IMG/VR virus record: IMGVR_UViG_2799112923_000001
From: a virus
Taxonomy: Duplodnaviria > Heunggongvirae > Uroviricota > Caudoviricetes
DNA: 64,000 nt
Reading direction: 5' to 3' (one strand)
Positions within the stretch are counted from its first letter, which is position 1; every line of letters begins with the position of its first letter. The notes under the pieces are model-generated. The model was given only the letters and a program-made list of their open reading frames with translations, was not told the origin of the DNA and made no database searches. The translations under genes and the position numbers were made by a program. Below are positions 29,339 to 39,366 of the stretch, in pieces.

Positions 29339-29412
29339 TCCGTATTAGTGTTAATTGGTTAGCACGCAAGTTTGTGGCACTTGTAGTCTGAGTTCAAATC
29401 TCAGATATGGAA
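29339..29412 (+). tRNA. tRNA-His(GTG), lacking G-1/C73
   Basis: CAAGT-TTGTGGC-ACTTG. Confidence 0.8.
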
Positions 29413-29415
29413 TAT

Positions 29416-29487
29416 ATCTCCGTATGTCAATGGTTAGACGAGCAGACTCTTAATCTGTGGATCTGGGTCCGAATCCCAGCGGGGGTA
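29416..29487 (+). tRNA. tRNA-Lys(CTT)
   Basis: GCAGA-CTCTTAA-TCTGT. Confidence 0.9.
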
Positions 29488-29501
29488 CGAACAAATTAAA
29501 T

Positions 29502-29574
29502 GGGCTTACATGTTCCTTGGAGGCGAATCTCCCTAGCACGGAGATTGTGATGGGTCCGATTCCCATTAGGTCCA
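29502..29574 (+). tRNA. tRNA-Ala(AGC)
   Basis: TCTCC-CTAGCAC-GGAGA, G3:U70, atypical D arm. Confidence 0.75.
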
Positions 29575-29583
29575 CGAAATCAT

Positions 29584-29614
29584 AACTGGTAAACTTTTGT
29601 TTACCAGTTTTTTG
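29584..29614 (+). terminator. Terminator ending tRNA cluster 1
   Basis: AACTGGTAAAC-TTTT-GTTTACCAGTT+T run. Confidence 0.85.
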
Positions 29615-29710
29615 ACGTTTTGTAACTTTCTTTTTACAATTATGGGTCAGTTATCTATTGACAAATACAGTATAAAATTCTATATTATTATAATAAAAAG
29701 AGAGGTAACT

Positions 29711-29938
29711 ATGAAATCCAATTTTACTTATCACAGCAACGCAAAATTTGAACTGAACATTCGTTTCAAGACTGTTGAAACAGCTCATGTGTTTGCGTGG
29801 GATTATAATTGCGAATGCCGCGACCACGCTGAAGATTGGGTTGATGTATGGCTGGATAAGAAATCCGACCTGAACAAATTCGTAAAAATCGTTATGAATG
29901 ACCCGGATGTTGAACACTTCTCTGTGAGCAAGTTCTAA
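29711..29938 (+). CDS. Hypothetical protein
   Basis: GAGGT RBS after promoter. Confidence 0.7.
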   Translation: MKSNFTYHSNAKFELNIRFKTVETAHVFAWDYNCECRDHAEDWVDVWLDKKSDLNKFVKIVMNDPDVEHFSVSKF

Positions 29939-30174
29939 TGAACGAAACTACTATCAAATTTATCATTCTCAATGTTATTAATGGTAAAGCCGTTCAAACT
30001 TGGTCTTTTGCTGACAAGGCCCATATCGTGTATTGTAAATCTCCCGAATGGGCTATGAAATTTGATACTATGGAAGATGCTCAAAAGAGAGTGGAATACC
30101 TGAAAAAGAATTTTCCTAGTCAAAAATTGACCGCTATGAAATTCACTAAAACTGTTACATACAAGGTAGGATAA
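29938..30174 (+). CDS. Hypothetical protein
   Basis: TAATG coupling. Confidence 0.65.
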   Translation: MNETTIKFIILNVINGKAVQTWSFADKAHIVYCKSPEWAMKFDTMEDAQKRVEYLKKNFPSQKLTAMKFTKTVTYKVG

Positions 30175-30177
30175 ACT

Positions 30178-30447
30178 ATGAAAATTAGACCAGCATCAAG
30201 TTTTCTTGATTTAGATACAGCCATGAAAATGGTAAAAGAAATCAATACTCTAACAGAATTGAAGAATGAAATCACTACCGCTACCGATGGTTGGTTTAAT
30301 GCGGAAACTGTGACTTGCCTGGAACATGGTTATGATGACCGAACAGGTTGGAACACATATTTAATTTGTTGTGATTTTACCAATGGCAAATATAAGCAGC
30401 AGGCTGTGTTCTTTGCCGATAGCCCAATTTCCGATTTGAAGGAGTAA
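30178..30447 (+). CDS. Hypothetical protein
   Basis: Operon continuity. Confidence 0.65.
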   Translation: MKIRPASSFLDLDTAMKMVKEINTLTELKNEITTATDGWFNAETVTCLEHGYDDRTGWNTYLICCDFTNGKYKQQAVFFADSPISDLKE

Positions 30448-30450
30448 ATT

Positions 30451-30735
30451 ATGTGCGATGGTGCTATTGTTGGTTGTATTGCGTTTTGTTTCTTGATAAT
30501 TCTCGTTGGTGCATTTCTGTATGATACATACGGACCGAAACTAGACGATTTGCGAATTGTTGAATTAGAAAACGGAAAATACGCAGTTGAGAAGTATACA
30601 TTTTGTGGAATGGATGAAACAGGCACAGATGAATGGGTACGAATAAAAGAATTTAATTCTTTGAAGAAAGCCCAACAGTACAAACAACTTAAAACTCCCA
30701 AAGAAGAAACAAAAATTAAACGAGTAATCAAGTAA
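30451..30735 (+). CDS. Small membrane-anchored protein
   Basis: N-terminal hydrophobic segment. Confidence 0.65.
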   Translation: MCDGAIVGCIAFCFLIILVGAFLYDTYGPKLDDLRIVELENGKYAVEKYTFCGMDETGTDEWVRIKEFNSLKKAQQYKQLKTPKEETKIKRVIK

Positions 30736-30745
30736 GGAGAAAAAT

Positions 30746-30985
30746 ATGATTGGATTGATTATTTCTTTTATATTGTTTGGTGTTATCGTTTGGGGCTGTA
30801 TTGCCCGACAACATTCAACTACTAGACTTGTTCTTTCTTACATTCAAGAAGGTTTGGCTGTGGCTATGGCATTTATTCAGGTCGGCTGGGGCAACTATTT
30901 CTGTTGTTTGTGCGATGTTGCTATCGCAGGTCTAGCCATTTATTACATTCTCAAACAACATAATCCAAGTTCGGAAAGGAGATAA
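30746..30985 (+). CDS. Small 3-TM membrane protein
   Basis: Three hydrophobic segments, AAGGAG RBS. Confidence 0.7.
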   Translation: MIGLIISFILFGVIVWGCIARQHSTTRLVLSYIQEGLAVAMAFIQVGWGNYFCCLCDVAIAGLAIYYILKQHNPSSERR

Positions 30986-30987
30986 AT

Positions 30988-31230
30988 ATGATGATTACCA
31001 TTTTGACTATTATTTTGCTAACACTAATTTTCACCGAATTTTTTCTCTTTAAGAAGAAAGAAGCTCGTTATTGGATAAATCTGGTAGAAGTAATAATCGC
31101 AACATTTTTGAGTGGTTATTATTTCCACGAAAATGATATTTTGGGAACTGTGTGTAATTTTGTGGTTAGTCTGATGGCAATATGTTATGTTATCTGTTAT
31201 ACGATATGCGGGGAAGATGATGTCCATTGA
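30988..31230 (+). CDS. Small 3-TM membrane protein
   Basis: Three hydrophobic segments, AGGAG RBS. Confidence 0.65.
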   Translation: MMITILTIILLTLIFTEFFLFKKKEARYWINLVEVIIATFLSGYYFHENDILGTVCNFVVSLMAICYVICYTICGEDDVH

Positions 31231-31456
31231 GTGTTTCTTTTCAGTACTTAATTTAGTTCTATTTGGTGTTATTTTATCCAAATTCTTCTTTATTAAGAAC
31301 TATCCTGTACTTGTAAGTTTTTGTGTAGCCCAACTTATATTGTCAGCTATCATTATGGTTTATGATGTAGCAGTTAATAATTTGTTTGGTGCGATTTTAG
31401 ATTTGGTTGTTTTAATGCTGGCTATCTTTGAAATACAAACTATAAAGGAGAAATAA
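31217..31456 (+). CDS. Small 3-TM membrane protein
   Basis: Three hydrophobic segments. Confidence 0.6.
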   Translation: MMSIECFFSVLNLVLFGVILSKFFFIKNYPVLVSFCVAQLILSAIIMVYDVAVNNLFGAILDLVVLMLAIFEIQTIKEK

Positions 31457-31671
31457 TGCTCAACTTGCCGGGACCATTTCCACCACCAGTCATTCCACCA
31501 GTTTATTATATCCCAGATGAAGATGATGTAGATTTTCCCAGTTGGAAGGATGCTTCCATTGGGATGAAAATCTATCTTTGCTTTTTATATGGTTTACTCG
31601 GTTTAGCCGGTATTGGAACTTTACTTTTAATTTGTTTAACTATTAAAGTTGTTATTGAAACATTTAACTAA
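31456..31671 (+). CDS. Small membrane protein
   Basis: Pro-rich N-terminus, acidic patch, C-terminal TM. Confidence 0.65.
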   Translation: MLNLPGPFPPPVIPPVYYIPDEDDVDFPSWKDASIGMKIYLCFLYGLLGLAGIGTLLLICLTIKVVIETFN

Positions 31672-31680
31672 GGAGAACTT

Positions 31681-31920
31681 ATGTTTAATATCTTAATGGG
31701 TATCGCAGTTATAGTAGGTATGCTATCAGCTATCGCATATCTAGTAGTTATGTTTAAACATCGTGGAAATCCAACTTATGATTCTACTGTAACACTAATG
31801 GGTCTCTCAGTTCTAGCCTTTATTGGTTGTTTATCTGCTCAGGCTTGGATGGGTGTAATTTGTTGGATTATCTGTTTTTGTACGCAGCTATATACATTCA
31901 TTAGAATTGGTAAAGATTAA
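31681..31920 (+). CDS. Small 3-TM membrane protein
   Basis: Three hydrophobic segments, AGGAG RBS. Confidence 0.65.
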   Translation: MFNILMGIAVIVGMLSAIAYLVVMFKHRGNPTYDSTVTLMGLSVLAFIGCLSAQAWMGVICWIICFCTQLYTFIRIGKD

Positions 31921-32354
31921 ATTCTACAGTTCTCAAAAATAAAAATTTTTGGATCAGTATAAACAAATTAACTATATTTGGCAATAAAATAGTAAGTCTA
32001 TTTCCTCGGAGCGAAGCTCAACTCAATGCAGTTATCGGTAGAGGGATAGCCATTTTGCCAAATAGTTCGGTGGCATCGGAATGTAAGAACATCGTAGTTT
32101 GGATTAGCAACCCAAACATATAGCCGCTTTGGTAGAATAGAATGTAGCTGGAGTACAGGAAAACCGACCCATAAGTCTATTCGTAAATCCCACAGAAGTT
32201 GATACTTATACTTTATACAAAAAAGAAGGTATCTCAAGTTCTAGTTGACCTAACTAGGCTTGAAGTATCCTCTTACCATTACCAAAAAAGAATTCATTAA
32301 AAATCATTTTTGAGTTTATCTCAAAAATGATTTTGTTTGCGTTAGCAAACATAC

Positions 32355-32660
32355 TTATTCTAAAAATTCTTCTATTGATTCTTTCTTATATTCTTTGAAT
32401 GATATTAAATATGGATCTTCTCTATACACACTCTCAAAAGAAATTAGAGTGCACTTTAAAATATCGTCTGTATTAGAAAGAAATCCATTAAAATGAGTCT
32501 GAAAAGAACTTTCTTCTTTTTTAATAGATTTAGTGAAATTAGTTAGATATGGGTCATTTTCTATTGTACTCTCAAATAATAACAACTGAGATTTAAGTTC
32601 ATCAGTTGTATTTGATAATGAACCATAAAATGAAGTTTTGATTTGATTATTATTTTCCAT
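32355..32660 (-). CDS. Hypothetical protein with internal duplication
   Basis: Two copies of T.F.G.LSNT.D.LK..L..FES....DPYL..F. Confidence 0.55.
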   Translation of the reverse strand: MENNNQIKTSFYGSLSNTTDELKSQLLLFESTIENDPYLTNFTKSIKKEESSFQTHFNGFLSNTDDILKCTLISFESVYREDPYLISFKEYKKESIEEFLE

Positions 32661-32727
32661 ATTATTATTGAATAATTGTTTGTTATTTATTATATTCAAC
32701 TTATAAACTCAAAAAGGATAAAAAACT

Positions 32728-33567
32728 ATGTTATATGAAGAAATGAGAAGTTATTGCTATCGTCATGGCAGATGGGATGAAGAACATAAGTTTGATAAAC
32801 GAAGTTCAGGTATCAGTAAAGAAGAATTTAAAGATTTTTTAACCAGTCATAATTTTACTAAAGATAGCTGGGGAACATGGGATAATGGAACGATTAAGAT
32901 TAGTTCAATTAACTCAGGTTATAATGAAGGAACAATATATGAAATTGCCCACATACAGTTCAAGAATAGTAAGACTGATGCTTGTTTGAAGTATGAAGGA
33001 AAAAGTTTTGGTGAATACATTTTTGATTTGTATGTAAAGAATTATACAGATTATTATACAAAGGGTATGGATGCTACAAGGTATCAGTTTACCGGTGATT
33101 CAAATTTATGGAAGGAATTTTTCTTTAAAGAATTTGAAATAGCCATAGATAAATTAAATACCAAATGGGCATTGAAACATAAGAAAGATAAAATCGCAGA
33201 TAATCTACAACAGATTGAAAATGAGATAGATTATGCGATTGAAGAAGTAGCAGATGAATTAAAGCAATATAATATCAAGTTAGAAACAACTAACAATGAA
33301 ATTGCGTCAACCACATTAACATACAGATTTTCAAAAGATATTAAAGCCCGAATACATTTACCTTGTATAATCATTCGTAAACTGAAGAATGGTAAAAATA
33401 CAATGTGTTATCGTGATTATAATACTTATGATAATGATTTTTCTGTTTGGAAGAAAGTAAAAGATGGCACAACACCTGACGAAATCAAGCAGTTCATTAA
33501 AGATTATTTTGAACCTTGGTACGGGTTAAAAGATATTTACATTAAGAAACCTGGGTTTGTTGACTAA
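32728..33567 (+). CDS. Hypothetical protein
   Basis: 279-aa ORF with AAGGA RBS. Confidence 0.75.
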   Translation: MLYEEMRSYCYRHGRWDEEHKFDKRSSGISKEEFKDFLTSHNFTKDSWGTWDNGTIKISSINSGYNEGTIYEIAHIQFKNSKTDACLKYEGKSFGEYIFDLYVKNYTDYYTKGMDATRYQFTGDSNLWKEFFFKEFEIAIDKLNTKWALKHKKDKIADNLQQIENEIDYAIEEVADELKQYNIKLETTNNEIASTTLTYRFSKDIKARIHLPCIIIRKLKNGKNTMCYRDYNTYDNDFSVWKKVKDGTTPDEIKQFIKDYFEPWYGLKDIYIKKPGFVD

Positions 33568-33678
33568 AATTTACATATTTGTAAACAAAAATTTACATAA
33601 AAAGGCAGTTGTTATATTGACAACTGCCATATTTTTATCTATATTTACTATGTAAAACAATCAAACAAGAGGTAACAC

Positions 33679-33837
33679 ATGAACGAATATATCCCCGCTG
33701 GCTTTAAGAGTTGGACTGAATACAACCGAGTTCAGGAAAAGAAGGCAAAGAGAAAATACATTCTCCAGGGAATTGCGGGAATGTTGGTTTTCTTTGGTGC
33801 TATTGCTCTTGATGGTATCACCACCCTTTACATGTAA
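33679..33837 (+). CDS. Small membrane protein (52 aa; not in ORF track)
   Basis: GAGGT RBS after promoter; MNEYIPAGFKSW...GMLVFFGAIAL. Confidence 0.6.
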   Translation: MNEYIPAGFKSWTEYNRVQEKKAKRKYILQGIAGMLVFFGAIALDGITTLYM

Positions 33838-33851
33838 TGGAGGTACAAACA

Positions 33852-34187
33852 ATGGATAACAATGAAATTTCTTTCCGTTCTATCAAACCTTATTCAATGA
33901 CAGAACTCCGCCGCTATAATCGTACAACTGCTGAACAGAAGCGGAAGGACGAAATTGACGCATATCTCAATAACATCAATTACAAAATCTTTACGGCCTG
34001 GACTGAAAGCGAAGTAGACCGAGTAACTATTGACCTGGATAATAATTTGTACGATAGTTACAAGCTCAAGAAAGAACTCAAAGAATTGGGTTATGAAATT
34101 GAATTACATCGTGAAATTGACAGTTACACCCGTAATCTTGTTCCTGTAACGATGGTGGTAAAATTCCCTGAACAGAAGGAGGCATAA
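33852..34187 (+). CDS. Hypothetical protein
   Basis: GGAGGT RBS. Confidence 0.7.
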   Translation: MDNNEISFRSIKPYSMTELRRYNRTTAEQKRKDEIDAYLNNINYKIFTAWTESEVDRVTIDLDNNLYDSYKLKKELKELGYEIELHREIDSYTRNLVPVTMVVKFPEQKEA

Positions 34188-34266
34188 ACTATGGAACAGT
34201 ACATTCTTGACATCGCATTTGTTATTACAGGTTTCGTTATTGGTTATATCGTGAGAGGTATGAAGA

Positions 34267-34584
34267 ATGGCTAAAAGACATCGTAGAACCAAAGCAGAAA
34301 TGATTGCTTACAGGGCACAAAAGGCGGAAAAGAAGGCTCAAAAGTATCTTAACAAGATTAACAAGAAGAAAGAAGAAAATCCGCAGGTTATCGGTATGCG
34401 ACCAGTGAACTATCAGGTCACAGATCCCAATGACCCAAACACATACGATTTTTGTGATTTCGTTGGAACAGAAGAAGAAGTCAATTCTTTTATGAAGAAG
34501 CACCCTGAGTATGATTTTGTTGGTAATGCTCCATATTTGTACGAAGGTAATAAGTTCCGAATCACTTACTGGAAGAAAAAGTAA
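34267..34584 (+). CDS. Hypothetical protein with basic N-terminus
   Basis: KRHRRTKAEM start. Confidence 0.7.
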   Translation: MAKRHRRTKAEMIAYRAQKAEKKAQKYLNKINKKKEENPQVIGMRPVNYQVTDPNDPNTYDFCDFVGTEEEVNSFMKKHPEYDFVGNAPYLYEGNKFRITYWKKK

Positions 34585-34633
34585 AATGTTTACATTATCA
34601 CACCCAATTAAAAGTATTAAAAGGAGTACGAAT

Positions 34634-35125
34634 ATGGGTCTGTATAACAAACTATCAAAGATTGAACAACTGATTGAAGCGAACACAAAGATTTCTTATT
34701 GGGCCTGGACAGAAGGTTGGATTTCTGTTGAACAGCTCCCTGATAAGATGCGTGAATGTATGATTCAGTTTGGTTACAAGAAAGACGCTCCACTTTTCGG
34801 TGTTCATGTTCGCTCTCCAGGAAAAAATAATGGTGGTGATACAACTGTTTACGATTTGATTTACATTTCGCCTGGTAAAGATGATAATGCTAAGTGGACC
34901 GATTTGCTCTATAAAGATGTTGATAGGGACTGGCGTTATACTGTTATGTTCAACCACAATAACAATATGACTGAAGAATTGAAAAAAGAAAATGATGGTA
35001 AACTAGAAAAATGTTATAATACATTAAGCAAACTGTTTGCTTTCCTTAACATTTACATTCGCCATCGTGAAGAACTTGTTCAGTTGGTAAACATTGAATA
35101 CGATCAGTTGGAAGATTTAAAATGA
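34634..35125 (+). CDS. Hypothetical protein, paralog of 35888 ORF
   Basis: AGGAG RBS; MG.Y.K..KI...P...RE..  ..G.K...F...Y.L...SP shared. Confidence 0.7.
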   Translation: MGLYNKLSKIEQLIEANTKISYWAWTEGWISVEQLPDKMRECMIQFGYKKDAPLFGVHVRSPGKNNGGDTTVYDLIYISPGKDDNAKWTDLLYKDVDRDWRYTVMFNHNNNMTEELKKENDGKLEKCYNTLSKLFAFLNIYIRHREELVQLVNIEYDQLEDLK

Positions 35126-35511
35126 AACCTTGGAATAGTGCATACAGAAATAATGTGAAAGAAATTTTAACATGGATAAAGAATAAACAATTATTCCCAA
35201 ATGTTTATCTTGAAGGATATTCAAACGAATGGATTGGATGCGACATTATCTGTAAAATAGGTGCTAGTCATCATATTGTGATCTGGTGTTGTACGGGTGA
35301 ATATACACATGACCGAAAGTCAAGACCATTTTATGTTATTCGTTATGAAAAGAACAATGAATGTAACAGATATGAAGTATTTAATTTAAAACAGATTTAC
35401 AAATTCTTTGAACTATCCAAAGATATTGGTTATAAGAATGCTGGTGAATATATTGACAAACAAACTAAATTAATAAATGAACAATTAAAAATTTCAAAGG
35501 ATTTTGAATGA
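35122..35511 (+). CDS. Hypothetical protein, DF-tail family
   Basis: Ends QLKISKDFE. Confidence 0.7.
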   Translation: MKPWNSAYRNNVKEILTWIKNKQLFPNVYLEGYSNEWIGCDIICKIGASHHIVIWCCTGEYTHDRKSRPFYVIRYEKNNECNRYEVFNLKQIYKFFELSKDIGYKNAGEYIDKQTKLINEQLKISKDFE

Positions 35512-35888
35512 AACCTTCAGTCAGTGCTATAAAAGAGAACATAAAATTTGTTCGTGATTTTATGGATAAAGAAAATATCAAATATGATATTACATTCCAA
35601 CATCCAACCAGTTTTATGTGTGAAGTGCGAGGATATTCAGTAACTTTTTGTGTTCACATTGAATTAGAGAAGTATTTTGAAATTCGGAATTCAAAAATAA
35701 AATACAGAATTGGAAGGTGGTGCGGGTGTCCAGGACCATTTTTTGAGTTCACCACAAACAGAAGATGGGAAAGTACATATTTTTTACGAACAATAAAACA
35801 TCTCGGCATAGAAGAAGGTGTTAAGTTTTTTGAGAAATTATCTAAACGAAAAGAGATGATTTCAGCAATAAAAGAGGATTTTGAATAA
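35508..35888 (+). CDS. Hypothetical protein, DF-tail family
   Basis: Ends ISAIKEDFE. Confidence 0.7.
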   Translation: MKPSVSAIKENIKFVRDFMDKENIKYDITFQHPTSFMCEVRGYSVTFCVHIELEKYFEIRNSKIKYRIGRWCGCPGPFFEFTTNRRWESTYFLRTIKHLGIEEGVKFFEKLSKRKEMISAIKEDFE

Positions 35889-36409
35889 TGTTAGAAACAA
35901 TTAAGAGGGCATTTAATATGGGAATTTATGGAAAAATTCAAAAGATAACAGACTGGTTAGACCAAAAATATAACATTACTAACTGTTGGGTAAATTTTTC
36001 ATACACAGTTAAGAATTTTCCAAAAGACTTTAGGGAGACGTGTTATTATATTGGACTAAAAGATGCGGACACCATTTTTGCCATTAATTACAAATTCACA
36101 AATGGAAAACAGTATACATTGGTCGCATTATCCCCACCAATGGATGAAAAATGTAAGACTGACGATTATAGTGTAATTTTTAAGCGAAACTATTGGCAGT
36201 TCCAAAGTAGATGGTTTGAAACATTTGATGAAAATCTTTATATAAAAGAAAAGAATCCCCATAAGCAGGTGGAAGAACAGATTGAAAATATCTTTATTCA
36301 TTTACAGAATTTTTGCCAAACCATAGAATTACTGACAAAACAGCTCAAAGCCATGCCCACATTACAGAAAATTGAAACAGATTTCACGAAAACAACGGAA
36401 GAAGTGTAA
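35888..36409 (+). CDS. Hypothetical protein, DF-tail family
   Basis: LQKIETDF near C-terminus. Confidence 0.7.
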   Translation: MLETIKRAFNMGIYGKIQKITDWLDQKYNITNCWVNFSYTVKNFPKDFRETCYYIGLKDADTIFAINYKFTNGKQYTLVALSPPMDEKCKTDDYSVIFKRNYWQFQSRWFETFDENLYIKEKNPHKQVEEQIENIFIHLQNFCQTIELLTKQLKAMPTLQKIETDFTKTTEEV

Positions 36410-36545
36410 ATTTTTGTAAACATTGGGGTTTGTAAACTTCTTTTTACACAAAAATGTAAGAAAATGGTTGACGAACTGCGTGGAATAAACTATATTTACT
36501 ATGTAAACGAAATTGAGCCATTAACAACAACAAGAGAGGTAAACT

Positions 36546-37319
36546 ATGGCAAAGAACAACAACAACACCAAGATTTCCACCATCAACGCTGAAACTCGTA
36601 CCCACTACGAACCGCTCCCCATCACCGACGAGGAACACGCAGATATCCAGGCTCGCCTGATGAAGCATGGTCTTTGTATCAAGCAGGGTAAGAAGCATGC
36701 CCGTGTGTATCGTTTCAAGGGTTGGAAGAACAAGAAGATGCTCACTAGCCCGGACTTCGTCTATGTTATCCAGGCGGATGACTACCGTGCTAACCCGGAT
36801 GGTGTGATTGCCGAATGTGTTGCGAAGTCCGAACAGGTCTTTACGAAGAAGACCAAGAAGGTCAAGAATGCTGAATATGAACGCAACATGTTCAAGGTAG
36901 AAGAAAAGCTGCTCATGGAACACGGCATCAAGATGCAGTGGAAGGTTTCAAAGCATGCGATTTTCAAGCAGGTGGCTCACATTTGTACAGACCGAAAGGT
37001 TCTTGAGGTTCTTGACGAATACGCAAAGAACAACGGCCCATTTGTAACGAACCATCTCCGTGCCACGAAGGACGGAAAGCACCTGGAAATTTTCCGCAAG
37101 CTGATCCGTATCTTTGAAGAATTTGAAAAGGATGTTCCTGATTACGATTGGCACTCCTTCCGCTATATCACAAAGAATGGCAAGGTAGTGTGTGCCTACT
37201 CTACTGTGGACATGACAAAGATTAAGAATGTGGCATTTGCCCGTGGTATCAACGATAAGTTTGATTTCAACCTGAACATCAACAACTATGTGAACGACGT
37301 TCTCGGAATCACGAAGTAA
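36546..37319 (+). CDS. Basic hypothetical protein
   Basis: Own promoter, GAGGT RBS, terminator after; C-ending codon bias. Confidence 0.8.
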   Translation: MAKNNNNTKISTINAETRTHYEPLPITDEEHADIQARLMKHGLCIKQGKKHARVYRFKGWKNKKMLTSPDFVYVIQADDYRANPDGVIAECVAKSEQVFTKKTKKVKNAEYERNMFKVEEKLLMEHGIKMQWKVSKHAIFKQVAHICTDRKVLEVLDEYAKNNGPFVTNHLRATKDGKHLEIFRKLIRIFEEFEKDVPDYDWHSFRYITKNGKVVCAYSTVDMTKIKNVAFARGINDKFDFNLNINNYVNDVLGITK

Positions 37320-37392
37320 ATCCTGCATGCCGGGTTTGGGCGAACTAACTCGCCCATTCCCATTTTTTATTTTCAACTCAAGGAGATAAGTA

Positions 37393-37815
37393 ATGTTTAA
37401 GAAGATTTTGTTTGTAATGATTGTTATGTTGTTCATTGGTTGCGATTTTGATTTTACTAATAAGACTGCGGATATTCCGTCTGGTTCTTCTGTAACCACA
37501 ACTGTTCTTGATACTTCTTCTGTTGTGCCGGATAGTATCGTGGTAAAATTCATTAAGCAGTTCAATGAATTTAACACTGACACCAGTTGTTCTATCGTGG
37601 ATATTGAATCCAGGAATTGTTTCGGACATGAACGAGGCTCATTTACAGATATTTTAGTGAAGTGCTACAGTTTATCTAATTACGAATTTCCACAGAATGT
37701 AGAGGTCTTTTATAAAGAACAGTCTGTAACAGATATGCGACCTGAACATGGTAAGTTAGTAAGAGTATCATTTACACGATATACAAATCAAAAATGTGTT
37801 TATGTGGAGGACTAA
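37393..37815 (+). CDS. Putative lipoprotein
   Basis: MFKKILFVMIVMLFIG-C lipobox-like signal. Confidence 0.65.
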   Translation: MFKKILFVMIVMLFIGCDFDFTNKTADIPSGSSVTTTVLDTSSVVPDSIVVKFIKQFNEFNTDTSCSIVDIESRNCFGHERGSFTDILVKCYSLSNYEFPQNVEVFYKEQSVTDMRPEHGKLVRVSFTRYTNQKCVYVED

Positions 37816-38034
37816 ATGGCACGTGATGTTGAACGATTGGATCCGCTCTATGAATATCTAAAGCAAGTTCATAAGCAGAATTTTCCTGATTGGAGATTTA
37901 TGCAGTTTATGAAAAATTTTATGGATTGGTATGGTGCAGATCCGTTTTATATGGAAGATGACAAGGTCTATGACCGAGTGGAAAAATTTCTTCAGCATTT
38001 GAAAGTACAAAATTCTTTTGTAAAGAAAATTTAA
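37816..38034 (+). CDS. Small conserved phage protein (DUF1040-like)
   Basis: RD.ERLD.....L..VH....PDWRF.Q pattern. Confidence 0.55.
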   Translation: MARDVERLDPLYEYLKQVHKQNFPDWRFMQFMKNFMDWYGADPFYMEDDKVYDRVEKFLQHLKVQNSFVKKI

Positions 38035-38098
38035 TTTGACAAAGAAAAAATAAAATACTATATTAAACTAAAACATTTTAACTAATGAGGTAAAAAAT

Positions 38099-39112
38099 AT
38101 GATTTACGAAAAAGGTCAGGAACCAACAAACATTATTGAAAATTTTGAAGAATGGACTCTTGATGACCCAAATCCAGGCCGTCAGGAATTCTTTGCTGAA
38201 GTCATGTCGGCTCTTGAAAACAACGAATCCGGTTACGCATCATTCTCAGTTGGTGTTCCAATGGACCGTGGTGTTGGTGGCTATTTCACTAACACTCTGG
38301 CACTAGACCAGATCAATTTGCCCCGTATTGCTACTGCGGATTTTGCCACACAAACTATCAAATTCCACGATGAAGAAGTGGATGAAGAATTTATGAAGGA
38401 AAATCCTGATTACGAACCAATTACTGCTGACAGAGCATTTGCGATTTTCGTACACGAAGCATGCCACTTCCTCCATTTCTCCCGTGATGGTGGCGAATTT
38501 ACTAGCCCATTGATGAAGGGCAAGGTTTACACTATGAATGAATTAGTTCATAGTCCAAAAGTCAGACGAGAAGCAGAATTTGAAGCTGGCTATCGTTCTG
38601 TAAAGTATAATGCTATGCTCCGTCTTTACCCAGAGGGTGACCGCACTATTCTTGAAACGAATCTACACAATATGATGAATTACGATAAACCAAATCAGTC
38701 CCGTGAATGGTTTGACAAATATCGTAAGATTGTAGAACCCTGGCTCAAGGACGCCAAGGACGAAAATGGTGATTACATCATTGACGATAAGGGCGAAATC
38801 GTTAAGTCAGGCGAAATTGCGGAAGAACATAAGAAAGATTACGAAAATTTCTTTGATAGTTTGTTCGCAAAGGTAGAAAAGTTTACTGAATGGGCTGATC
38901 CAAAACACGAAATCAAGGGAGTTATGGATTACGAACTTCCCGAAGTAGTCAAGCCTGACCAGGATGTGGAAAAAGAAAAGGCCATTAAGTTGCTCCGTTC
39001 AATGGGCTACAATGTTTCTCTTCCAGGTGAAGATACAGTTGATACCATTGGTGGAACGATTGGCAAGGCCATTGGTGGCATTAAGAATCTTATTACGGGA
39101 GGCAAGCAGTAA
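38099..39112 (+). CDS. Putative zinc metallopeptidase
   Basis: IFVHEACHF followed by EAEFEA. Confidence 0.6.
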   Translation: MIYEKGQEPTNIIENFEEWTLDDPNPGRQEFFAEVMSALENNESGYASFSVGVPMDRGVGGYFTNTLALDQINLPRIATADFATQTIKFHDEEVDEEFMKENPDYEPITADRAFAIFVHEACHFLHFSRDGGEFTSPLMKGKVYTMNELVHSPKVRREAEFEAGYRSVKYNAMLRLYPEGDRTILETNLHNMMNYDKPNQSREWFDKYRKIVEPWLKDAKDENGDYIIDDKGEIVKSGEIAEEHKKDYENFFDSLFAKVEKFTEWADPKHEIKGVMDYELPEVVKPDQDVEKEKAIKLLRSMGYNVSLPGEDTVDTIGGTIGKAIGGIKNLITGGKQ

Positions 39113-39366
39113 TGGTATTGACCTTACAAATTATTCTTTTGCTAATTCAGTTAACTGAATTTCTTATTCCAAAATTTATTCCAAAGAAGTTCTTAATTCC
39201 AAATTTCAAAGCACAGATTATTCTATCTTTAGTTTGTTCTGTTGGATTTGGATTTGAACATTCAGTGTTTGGATGCATCATTTATTTTATGGTGTTTGGA
39301 ATAGTCAGTTATCGTTTAAGCAAGGAAATTGAAAAAACCAAGGAGATTGAAAATGAAAATCATTAA
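39112..39366 (+). CDS. Small membrane protein
   Basis: Three hydrophobic segments. Confidence 0.65.
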   Translation: MVLTLQIILLLIQLTEFLIPKFIPKKFLIPNFKAQIILSLVCSVGFGFEHSVFGCIIYFMVFGIVSYRLSKEIEKTKEIENENH

